Shown here: positions 9,796 through 18,163 of the stretch, one piece after another | Layout of the letters: each line of letters begins with the position of its first letter | Numbering within the stretch: the first letter of the stretch is position 1 | Assembly (NCBI GenBank): GCA_011364965.1 | Contig: RDOB01000012.1 | Location: 1-48,263, forward strand | Length of the DNA: 48,263 bases | Direction of reading: 5' to 3' | Source: Candidatus Heimdallarchaeota archaeon | GTDB taxonomy: Archaea > Asgardarchaeota > Heimdallarchaeia > Hodarchaeales > Hodarchaeaceae | The notes under the pieces: generated by a model | Seen by the model: the letters and a program-made list of their open reading frames with translations, nothing else | Told to the model about the DNA's origin: nothing | The model's database searches: none | Position numbers and translations under genes: made by a program

Positions 9796-10725
9796 TTAAC
9801 CTTCGGTTATACTAGTTAGTTGAGAACTGAATGCTAAAACTTTATTATAAAGAGACGGGATAGGTTCATTTTTCTCTCTTAAACGATCCTTAGGGAATCC
9901 AAAGAATAAAGCAAGTCCGTTTTCCATAAAACGGATAAAGAAGACTCTACGTTCTGACTCTAATAATATTGTTGTTGCTGACTCACCATCGGAGTGTGCT
10001 AGACGCTTAACAACTGCATCAAAAAATTCTTGAACCTCAGAGAGTGATATATGATCGAATTTTGAGATATTCTCAACTTTGGTCAATGGTGCTCCTTCTT
10101 TTGTAAAAATTTGGGCCATATCAGCCGCGTTGTGCCGTATAAATGTTTCTAGTAATGGTCGTAAGGTTTTACGAGCACCACTAGCTTCTGCATATACATC
10201 ACCCATTGCTTTGAAAATGGAGTCCGAGAAAACAGATGTTGTATCATATTTTATGTCTTTTTTAACTCCTTGAAGAAGATATTCACTAATTGTTTTTCTA
10301 ACCTCCGATTTGAGATTTTTCGGAACTAAATCAGCTTTATGTTGAAAAATAAACACTTTAGCGTCTGGACTAAACTGCTCAAGTTTCTTCAAAGAGAGAT
10401 CTAAGTAATATTTAGCCCGTGATATATCAGTAATCTTAATAGAATCGACAACGAAAACTAAAGCTTTCACTCCAGAGAAAATGAATTCTGACAATTCTCC
10501 CGTAAATCGATCTAAAAATGCAGTTTGCCCGCCTAAATCGAAAATTGTAAGTTCAGTGCCTGCAATTACCTTCTGTTTTCTTTCATAATCGATTGTTGCC
10601 TCATATCTTTCCCCTTTTTTTGGTAATTTTCCTTCTATTACAACTTTAATGATTGTAGATTTTCCTGATTCCGCTAATCCTAATAAAAGAATTTTACTAG
10701 TTTTTTTACGTGCTAAATAAGACAT
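9796..10725 (-). CDS. Rag/Gtr1-like small GTPase with C-terminal roadblock-like domain
   Basis: G1 GLAESGKS, G2 ATID, G3 DLGGQ, G4 HKAD (His as in Rag/Gtr), G5 TSV; C-terminal alpha-beta-beta-alpha-beta-beta-beta-alpha pattern (AQIFTKEGAP). ATG at 10725 follows GAGGA. Confidence 0.88.
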   Translation of the reverse strand: MSYLARKKTSKILLLGLAESGKSTIIKVVIEGKLPKKGERYEATIDYERKQKVIAGTELTIFDLGGQTAFLDRFTGELSEFIFSGVKALVFVVDSIKITDISRAKYYLDLSLKKLEQFSPDAKVFIFQHKADLVPKNLKSEVRKTISEYLLQGVKKDIKYDTTSVFSDSIFKAMGDVYAEASGARKTLRPLLETFIRHNAADMAQIFTKEGAPLTKVENISKFDHISLSEVQEFFDAVVKRLAHSDGESATTILLESERRVFFIRFMENGLALFFGFPKDRLREKNEPIPSLYNKVLAFSSQLTSITEG

Positions 10726-10741
10726 TATAGTCAATCCTCAT

Positions 10742-11596
10742 TTACATACTTATCTCTCTTATGATACCTAATTTTTCTAATATCATTTCCCTTTCAAGTG
10801 GATCAGTTACATCGCGAATAGTGAATTCATTTTTAAAACGTGTTGAATTGAGTGATGAGGCACAGCTTCCAGCAAGAAACATTAGCTTCTGAAGACGTTC
10901 GTCTCTCAATTTAATGACAAAGATTCTTTTTACGACTCCATTCACCAGAATTAAGACTGAGTAAGGCGTTAAATCATCACTTGGTTCTAAACTAATTAAT
11001 TCTCCTTCTTCATCTATTGTGTAAAAACTTAATCCTGCTTTTTCAGGAATATAATACGGTTCTTCAACTATTTCTGCTTCCTCATCCAGTTCTTGAGGTA
11101 GATTTTTCATTTTATCTAGAATTGGCCTCATAATAGCTGGGTCAGAGAGATCTTGTTCTGCTTTTATACCTATTGTAGCCTCTTTTAACTCTTTTTCGAT
11201 AGAAGAATGTAACCTGAAGATTTTATTTCGATCACTTGATCGGAATATTAACCACACTGTGGATTCTCGTCCATATTCATCAATCCTAACATCCTTTGTT
11301 TTTATCGGTGACACAGTAAAAGACATCGCCAAAGCTTCTAAATCTGGGGAATCAGGGATTGGAATTGATCCATGGAGACGATAATGTTGTTTTTCGGCAA
11401 CAGTTCCAGCTCCCATGGACAAAATTGTCATGCCAATAACGCTTAGTTTAACAGTTGTATCTTCTGATATGGGGGAGATATTTAGAAGTGGATAAGGCCC
11501 CATATCCGTCATCGTGGTTGTTAACAGACCAATAAACACAATATTCACCATTAAATTAAGAAGAAATGAAATCTCGAACGAAAATATTTTGTTCAA
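10742..11596 (-). CDS. Putative longin/uDENN-like domain fused to gelsolin-like domain (likely start ~11551)
   Basis: N-term IGLLTTTMTDMGPYPL...HGSIPIP...ALAMSF...DVR....GR.TVWLIF; C-term FYTIDEEGEL...LTPYSVLILVN...RIFVI...MFLAGSCASSLN. Both are by-eye pattern matches. Confidence 0.6.
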   Translation of the reverse strand: MNKIFSFEISFLLNLMVNIVFIGLLTTTMTDMGPYPLLNISPISEDTTVKLSVIGMTILSMGAGTVAEKQHYRLHGSIPIPDSPDLEALAMSFTVSPIKTKDVRIDEYGRESTVWLIFRSSDRNKIFRLHSSIEKELKEATIGIKAEQDLSDPAIMRPILDKMKNLPQELDEEAEIVEEPYYIPEKAGLSFYTIDEEGELISLEPSDDLTPYSVLILVNGVVKRIFVIKLRDERLQKLMFLAGSCASSLNSTRFKNEFTIRDVTDPLEREMILEKLGIIREISM

Positions 11597-11622
11597 AATT
11601 TATTTCGCATATCAAGTTTTTA

Positions 11623-12561
11623 TTACTTTAGTTTTGAAATAATACTTTCTGCGATTTCTAGGCAATTCTCTTCAATAATTCTGAAAGGTTCCTTAAATAA
11701 GGTGAAAGCCGAATCTCGTCCTATTAAAATTAATTTCAAGTCTTCATTTAACATATGAGTGACCATAAGGAAATCTTCAAGTCTAAAAACATTTGTATTG
11801 ACACAAGATGAAAGCTCAAATGCATTGCTCTGGTCTAACATGCGAATGATTTGAGGACCGATTTTTTCTTGCCAGGAATTACTTTTCCCAACAGCAAGTA
11901 AAATGTCATTGCTTAAAGAAAGGAGGAATGCCCCAGCAAATTGAAGAGAGTTCATTTTTTGTGTTAAAATATCTGTGATTGCATCCGTTTGAGATCTTTT
12001 TAATGTTACTGACGAGATTGTCTGTTTAGTTAGCGCTGTAAAATAATCTAATGATTTATTGATAATCTGAGTGAAAACCAAGTTTGTTAAACGCTGTTCA
12101 TCAGAACCTTTTAAGGAGACAATGTAAGTAGGAATTTGGCCTGGGTATATTTCTTGCATTTGTGCTAACGCGTTATTTCTTAGCTTATTTCGCTCAACAT
12201 CATTTGTGATCAGATGACCTCGGTTAAGAATCAATACAACTTGGTAATTTTTATTAAATTTAGAAATTTCAGTAGTAATTTGACTAAAATCGGAGATCAT
12301 GTCATCTAAACGCTGATATGAAATATCATGAATATAAATTAAAGTATTTAATTTCATTAATATCTTTTCTTTTATAACAGGGAAAATACTTCTCAAATAC
12401 TCCTCTTCTACTTTAGAAGAGGATCTCAACCAGTCGTAATATACCACATTTTGGAAAATTCTAAGATTGGGTTCCGCTCTACCCAGTTTCATAAGCTGAT
12501 TAAAAAGTAGGTCTTTTCCTGAATGAGATAGGCCTGCAATGGCAATAAGGTTTTGTCGCAA
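11623..12561 (-). CDS. Degenerate Rag-like (pseudo)GTPase with C-terminal roadblock-like domain
   Basis: G1-like GLSHSGKD; switch region shortened, no DxxG; G4 position NRGH; LIYIHD strand retained; C-term FAGAFLLSLSNDILL. Confidence 0.7.
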   Translation of the reverse strand: MRQNLIAIAGLSHSGKDLLFNQLMKLGRAEPNLRIFQNVVYYDWLRSSSKVEEEYLRSIFPVIKEKILMKLNTLIYIHDISYQRLDDMISDFSQITTEISKFNKNYQVVLILNRGHLITNDVERNKLRNNALAQMQEIYPGQIPTYIVSLKGSDEQRLTNLVFTQIINKSLDYFTALTKQTISSVTLKRSQTDAITDILTQKMNSLQFAGAFLLSLSNDILLAVGKSNSWQEKIGPQIIRMLDQSNAFELSSCVNTNVFRLEDFLMVTHMLNEDLKLILIGRDSAFTLFKEPFRIIEENCLEIAESIISKLK

Positions 12562-12571
12562 AATGATTCCT

Positions 12572-13576
12572 CTAGGCTGGAGTTTGAAGCATAGATTCTA
12601 ACTGTGATGATAATAGTTTAACTGTTTCCTCAATTTCCTGAAGATTTCTTGATTCTAGCATTGCTTTATCTTCAGTTGAAAATAATACAAGAAGATAATG
12701 CGGGGGAATCACCGATTTATACATCATGCACGCCCCCATGCGTTTAATTTCAGATTTTGATGAAGGGATCATTCTAAGGTCATTGACTTTATCGAGAAGA
12801 TTTATAAGCTGCTCGATCTCAATATTTTCAACATCTGATGCTTGAATGCGAAAATCGGGATCCTCTAAAGAGATCAAGAGAACTTCTTCTAATCTATTCA
12901 TAAATTTTAGTGCATGGAGTAATTGTTGAATTGGACGAAGTCGTAATCTCTTTTGAATAGCTTCTAGGTCTTCTTCTTTCTCAATTCGTTCGACTTCGGG
13001 AATTACTTCACTAGCTTCTGCTGTTATTCGTTTGAAAGCTTCATGAATGGAATTATCGTAAATAGAAGTTTGTAAAAATGTTATATTCTTGGTTTTCACT
13101 GCATCCTGAAACATCTCCATCAGAAATTCCATTCGATCTGCACGTTGTGTTAAATCAGGCAAAAGATCAGTTTTATGGAGTAAAACATAGACAGCAGGCT
13201 GGATATCAGACATTTCTTCAAGTCTGGTTACCCCTTCAACAAATGCTTTCAAAGAGGCAGGAAATTTATCCGGGGTGGAGATATCACAAATGAATACAAG
13301 AACTGCAACATTGCTAAAGATAAAAGAACTCATACTACTTAAGAATCGTTTTAAAAATACCTCCTGTCCTCCTAAATCCATCACTGTTACAGATTCATCT
13401 GCTACTTGTTCTATTTGCCGTTCATAATTTAAAGTTGCCGCGTAATTTTGGGTTTCCTCTGGAGCTTTTCCTCCAAATACGACATCCCGAATTGATGTTT
13501 TCCCAGCTTGAGACAACCCTAATAAAATGATTTTGCGGGACGTCTGGGTCTTGAGTTGTTTCAGATAATGACTCAT
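12572..13576 (-). CDS. RagA/Gtr1-like small GTPase with C-terminal roadblock-like domain
   Basis: KIILLGLSQAGKTSIRDVVF, ATLNYE, DLGGQEVFL, FSNVAVLVF, LLHKTDL, TSIYDNSIHEAF closely parallel RagA/Gtr1 motifs. Confidence 0.9.
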   Translation of the reverse strand: MSHYLKQLKTQTSRKIILLGLSQAGKTSIRDVVFGGKAPEETQNYAATLNYERQIEQVADESVTVMDLGGQEVFLKRFLSSMSSFIFSNVAVLVFICDISTPDKFPASLKAFVEGVTRLEEMSDIQPAVYVLLHKTDLLPDLTQRADRMEFLMEMFQDAVKTKNITFLQTSIYDNSIHEAFKRITAEASEVIPEVERIEKEEDLEAIQKRLRLRPIQQLLHALKFMNRLEEVLLISLEDPDFRIQASDVENIEIEQLINLLDKVNDLRMIPSSKSEIKRMGACMMYKSVIPPHYLLVLFSTEDKAMLESRNLQEIEETVKLLSSQLESMLQTPA

Positions 13577-13762
13577 TATATCGAATCCTCGAGCATACTG
13601 TTAAATATACTTTTTCGACGCAACGATTTAAGATACACCAAATAAGTTTTCCGAAAGAATATTGTTGAAAAAAAGGTTAGTATAATTTAAAAATTCTGTA
13701 GCCAGATTCATGCCTGTAAATAGTAACTTTTCATCGTACACCTTGGATGGAGAGCCTAATTC

Positions 13763-14119
13763 TTGCAAAAACGAAAAAATTCTGATATTTTTTGTGAAAG
13801 CACCTGTAAACACTTTCGTTGTAGTGAAAGAATGATTAAAATCGTACATAAACAAAACGCAAAGGAAATTTTATGTCGAATGGTAGAGGGAGATGATTGT
13901 ATAGGCTATAAATGCAAATTTGCAATCTGTTTTTATCGTCCTCCAGCATTAAATCTTTCGACTGGTCATTGCTCTATGAAAAAGAAGGCTTTAATTTCAA
14001 AGCAACAAGATCAGAGAAAATCACTCCGATCCTTAAGAGAGGAAGATGATCCTCTTAAATACAGCAAGCTTTTAGATAAAAAAGTAAGGAAAAATTTCCA
14101 ATTGAAGGATTATTATTGA
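13763..14119 (+). CDS. Small Cys-rich (8 Cys) putative metal-binding protein
   Basis: C-x3-C-x4-C ... C-x7-C-x4-C-x4-C ... GHC; resembles an uncharacterised archaeal family. Confidence 0.7.
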   Translation: MQKRKNSDIFCESTCKHFRCSERMIKIVHKQNAKEILCRMVEGDDCIGYKCKFAICFYRPPALNLSTGHCSMKKKALISKQQDQRKSLRSLREEDDPLKYSKLLDKKVRKNFQLKDYY

Positions 14120-15246
14120 TCAAATCGTTCCAAAACTACTTCTCTTGCTTTTGGTAACGCATCCAACCGCTTTTGCTTATGAGAGACCATAAACTCCTGT
14201 ACAATCCCTAGAAGATTTTTCTTATCTTCTCCACATAGTAATTCCCCCGCTCGACAGGTCTGCTCGATTTTTTGAAGCTTGGTTTCATCATGCATGAAGA
14301 AAAATCTATAAAGATCAAAAACCCTACATACTTCGGGTTGTCCTCCTAATTCTCGCTGTTCATCTACTGTTGTGCGTCCCCCTGTAAATGCGTTCATCAA
14401 TTTCTTTTTTAGACTAGCTTTGGTCTCATACAAGGTTAATACTGACATTGGGTTCCTTTTGGCCATTTTATCTGAGCCATCTAATCCCTCAATTAATCTA
14501 TGGTAAGTAAAACTCGGTAAAATGAATTTATAATTCTCTTGAAAGAATTTTTTCCGTACTAAGTCATGAGATAGTCTCGCATGAGGTGCTTGATCTGCAC
14601 CAATCGGGGTAACAGTTGGTAAAGTCCCCTCAAGTAATTGTGGAAGTAGAATATCAGCTACTTGAATAAACGCTGCATTATAAACCCCTAATCTATGGTC
14701 TCCATAAATGGCTTTCACCATATTATAAGTGGCATGAGATGAGAGGAGATATCCTAAACGCATCACATCTTTCTGTTGGGACTGTCTATATACATATGCA
14801 TTGTCGAGATTTAAACCGAGGGCTATCAAATCCGCAACATTCTCAATGGCATTCTTTTCAGCTTTTTCAAGAGGTAAACGTCCATCAGCATAGCTTTCTA
14901 AATCTGCAATGCCAAAATATACCTTTCCTCCTTGTTTTTGAAAATAAATGACTTCATTACATGTTACAAGATTACCAATATGGTATTCTGCTGAGCTAGG
15001 TTTGATCCCAGTCATCACAGCAAAAGGTTTATTCTTATTCATTGCTTCAACAACCCTTTCCAGCGAAGTGTGCCCAAACATTATTCCGCGAGTCATATAG
15101 AAATGCTGACGATCTTTGGGAATCTGGGGAAGGATTTCATCCATCGGTTGAATTCCAAATTCAGCAATTAACCTATCGTAGTCAGTAACTGAGCCGCCAA
15201 AAGCATCAACTGTACTTTGAATATTGTTATCTTCATCAGGTGTCAT
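14113..15246 (-). CDS. trpS: Tryptophan--tRNA ligase (archaeal type)
   Basis: MTGIKPS..YHIGN (HIGH), QVADIL, GADQAPH, KMAK (KMSKS-like), AFTGGR, CGEDK. Confidence 0.95.
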   Translation of the reverse strand: MTPDEDNNIQSTVDAFGGSVTDYDRLIAEFGIQPMDEILPQIPKDRQHFYMTRGIMFGHTSLERVVEAMNKNKPFAVMTGIKPSSAEYHIGNLVTCNEVIYFQKQGGKVYFGIADLESYADGRLPLEKAEKNAIENVADLIALGLNLDNAYVYRQSQQKDVMRLGYLLSSHATYNMVKAIYGDHRLGVYNAAFIQVADILLPQLLEGTLPTVTPIGADQAPHARLSHDLVRKKFFQENYKFILPSFTYHRLIEGLDGSDKMAKRNPMSVLTLYETKASLKKKLMNAFTGGRTTVDEQRELGGQPEVCRVFDLYRFFFMHDETKLQKIEQTCRAGELLCGEDKKNLLGIVQEFMVSHKQKRLDALPKAREVVLERFDQ

Positions 15247-15263
15247 TAAGTATACTCTCCGTT

Positions 15264-15435
15264 AAAAAAGCAGGATCTAATAAAAACAGGACCTGAGAAA
15301 CTTTGGAACTCAGACCAATGGAGGGATTTAGAAAAAAATCTATTAATCTAATTGCTGGTGGAGAACCACTAGCGACAAATTCCATTGGTAGAGCATTCTC
15401 ATCTCCATGAAGGATAAAATAATCACTTTATTAAA
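15264..15435 (-). promoter_or_regulatory. Structured trpS leader with TATA-like box, 21-aa uORF, inverted repeats and U-tracts
   Basis: Perfect 9-bp IR (15314-15322 / 15381-15389) enclosing hairpin 15354-15373; hairpin 15293-15313; uORF 15408-15343 containing one TGG; TTTAATAA at 15435-15428. Confidence 0.45.
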
Positions 15436-15470
15436 ACCTTACTTCTTTGGTATATCCCATTTCTAGGATT

Positions 15471-16919
15471 CTAAACCAATCTATGAGTAAAATGATAGAA
15501 ACCTGAGGTTTCATAGAGAAATTGAATAATAATTATAGACGCGAGAAGGCTCAATCCAAAACAAAAGGTCATTACTGCTAGTGTTCCACTGCTTTGAAAT
15601 AATGTCCCTCCAATGAGAGTTCCTAGAATGGAACCAGTCGACATTAAAGCCTGTGTGAAACCCATTTCGCGCCCACGACTTGCTTCTTGAGTTACATCAC
15701 TAATCATACCCAGAGAGCTAGATGCAAAACAGGAGGTACACAAGAGGAACACTAAAATCATTAATACAATAACTAAATGGGGAAAGGGTATCGGTACATT
15801 AGGCACAAATTCCAACTTCTTCGTAAGTTCAAGGGAGAATGGATTCATGATTAGATGAATTATATCAGTGGCATCGAGAGCTAAAATTGCGGTAAAAGTA
15901 GCTACAAGAAGGCTTGTACCAAACACTCCAAGGATTAAGAAAGGTTTTCTTCCTAATTTATCCGATAGCTTACCGATTGTGGGTTGAATAATTCCCATTA
16001 TAGCTACACCGATAAGGAAAATAATAGCCATGAAGGATGGGCCTAAATTTTCTTCTGTAACCTCTATTAAAATGATAGGAGCATATTGTACGGCCGCACC
16101 TATTAAAGTAGTATAAGCTAACCAAGAAATAGAAAATTTCCTGAATTGTTTATCTTGAAGGCTTTCAATCATTGTCTTAAATGGATTAAGGTCCAAATTG
16201 GAACTTGCTGCAATTTCATGAAAGCTGATAGCCTCCCCTTTTTCAAGAGATTTAACTCTTTTAGGTTCATTTAGCCTGAAAACATACAGTGCACAAGCTG
16301 CAAGCATTATTACGGCAAAAAATAGAAAAGACATTTCTTGGAAAAATTCCCATGCAAACCCTCCTATAAAGAGTCCAATAGCTCCTCCAGCCGAACGTGC
16401 CAAATAAAACTTTCCCATGGTTTCACCATGATTCTCTCTGGGGGAAAGATCCGCAAAAATCGCTAATAACGGACCTGCAACCATTGCTGAAGCCATTCCC
16501 TTCAAAGAATTAGCAATAAGTAAAGCCCAATATAAATCTGGAACAATTTGGTATAATGCAAAAATTAACGGAAATGGAGCTAAAGATAGTCCAGCAAGTA
16601 ATGTTCCCACAATTAATAAGGGTCTGCGGCCGATTCGGTCGCTAAGGGAGCCAAATAAGGAAGCGGTCGATAAAGATATTATATAGTAAGCTGCAAGAAT
16701 TGCAGGTAACCCTAAAACATTGCCAATGCTATCAGCTGCTGTCTCAGGAAGGGAAATGAAAAACAGTGGAAGACAAAAGGCTGTAGATGACATTGCTGCC
16801 TCAGTTACAGCTACTGCAACCCGCAACATATTTAATTGTTCTCGAAGCAGAAAGGAAATTGGCATACCGAAGAAAGCAAGCGTATCTTTTGGTATACTCG
16901 AAATAGATTTACGAACCAC
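15471..16919 (-). CDS. MFS transporter
   Basis: Motif A twice (GSLSDRIGRR; GKLSDKLGRK); about 12 TM segments. Confidence 0.93.
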   Translation of the reverse strand: MVRKSISSIPKDTLAFFGMPISFLLREQLNMLRVAVAVTEAAMSSTAFCLPLFFISLPETAADSIGNVLGLPAILAAYYIISLSTASLFGSLSDRIGRRPLLIVGTLLAGLSLAPFPLIFALYQIVPDLYWALLIANSLKGMASAMVAGPLLAIFADLSPRENHGETMGKFYLARSAGGAIGLFIGGFAWEFFQEMSFLFFAVIMLAACALYVFRLNEPKRVKSLEKGEAISFHEIAASSNLDLNPFKTMIESLQDKQFRKFSISWLAYTTLIGAAVQYAPIILIEVTEENLGPSFMAIIFLIGVAIMGIIQPTIGKLSDKLGRKPFLILGVFGTSLLVATFTAILALDATDIIHLIMNPFSLELTKKLEFVPNVPIPFPHLVIVLMILVFLLCTSCFASSSLGMISDVTQEASRGREMGFTQALMSTGSILGTLIGGTLFQSSGTLAVMTFCFGLSLLASIIIIQFLYETSGFYHFTHRLV

Positions 16920-17228
16920 TGGATTAAATTCCCCTATGATTTGAACTTGAAGTCCAATCTGTTTTAATTATTTTAAAATAGCTGCAGGTATTAATCTCAT
17001 AACTTTCGCTTATATTAAATGCTAATAATTCCGCTTTGTATAACTGTTTTTTAACCTTCTATTACAAAAATTTACTCTACTTAAAACATACCTTACCCTC
17101 ATCCCTAAAAATCCTCCAAAGTTTTTTTAATCGCAAACTATTGTAATCGATTCGAGCGTAGGTGCTTTATTACCTGCACTAAAAAGTCTCCACGAAAATT
17201 ATAGGGAATTAATGCTTCAAAGGGATTC

Positions 17229-18134
17229 ATGATGAAGGTTAGTTTGGTTGGTTTAAGTGGTTGTGGAAAGACATCCATCTATTCAACTACTCTTGGAGGT
17301 ATGACACCTTCAGAGGTCGAACATTTGGGCCCTACGGTAATGTATGAAGTAAAGAGTCATAACTACCTTGGATTACAAATCTCACTCTGGGACTTCGGAG
17401 GACAGGAAGAATACCGTAAAAATTACTTGGAAACTCCAAAGCTATTAGCAAATACGAATCTCTTAATCTTCATCTTGGATTTGCATAACCCCGAAGACTA
17501 TGATAAGGCCGATAGCTATTTCAATGATGTTTATACTTCCATAAAGAAAAGTGGCGGATCCCCTACGGTTTTTATCTTTTATCACAAGTTTGATACAGAG
17601 AAGTATCCCGAAGATAAGCTTAACCAGAATCTAACACGCGCTAAAGAATTACCTACTGTGAAAAAGCTAAAACCTCGTTCTTTTGTTACATCTATCTTTA
17701 GACAAGAGGAATTAAGTGAAATATTTAGACAATTACTAATCTCTGATTTTGATGAGTTAAAAAAGGGTGTTGAGCAAGCTCAAGAGTACCTTCTGAAATT
17801 AAAATCAAAAATAATCGTGAGTGATGTAAATGGGAATGTAGTTACCCATAATATCAAGGGTTTTGCCACTGGAATTCAATTAAGAGAGGATTTACGAGAT
17901 TATATCCTTGCTTGCAACGTATTAAGAGAGAATTTCCTTTCTAGCGAATCAGCTTTTTTCACAGCACAATCAGACAAAAAAGATTTAAAATTGCACATTT
18001 TTAATTACGTTTTATCGGTGCTAATTATGCAGGACGAAGGAGCACCCACTGATCCGAAAGAAGATATTGATAATTTACTAAAAGAAATGAAAATCTTTTC
18101 AGATCTCATCATTGATGCAAGTAAAGAAACTTAG
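17229..18134 (+). CDS. Rag/Gtr-like small GTPase with C-terminal roadblock-like domain
   Basis: GLSGCGKT, GPTVMYE, WDFGGQ, HKFD, TSIF; C-term KIIVSDVNGNVV. Confidence 0.87.
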   Translation: MMKVSLVGLSGCGKTSIYSTTLGGMTPSEVEHLGPTVMYEVKSHNYLGLQISLWDFGGQEEYRKNYLETPKLLANTNLLIFILDLHNPEDYDKADSYFNDVYTSIKKSGGSPTVFIFYHKFDTEKYPEDKLNQNLTRAKELPTVKKLKPRSFVTSIFRQEELSEIFRQLLISDFDELKKGVEQAQEYLLKLKSKIIVSDVNGNVVTHNIKGFATGIQLREDLRDYILACNVLRENFLSSESAFFTAQSDKKDLKLHIFNYVLSVLIMQDEGAPTDPKEDIDNLLKEMKIFSDLIIDASKET

Positions 18135-18163
18135 ATGAAGAAAATCTCAATAAAACAACTTAA

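Noticed and set aside
7867-10734. Three ORFs abut in one reading frame separated only by single TAA codons (possible readthrough or recoding)
   Set aside because: TAA is a normal stop throughout the window. The abutment arises from the ORF caller choosing the first possible start; real starts are probably downstream.
15290-15410. Match of the trpS leader to T-box, TPP or fluoride riboswitch
   Set aside because: Only fragments (CTGAGA, GGAGATG) are present; the required downstream consensus elements are missing.
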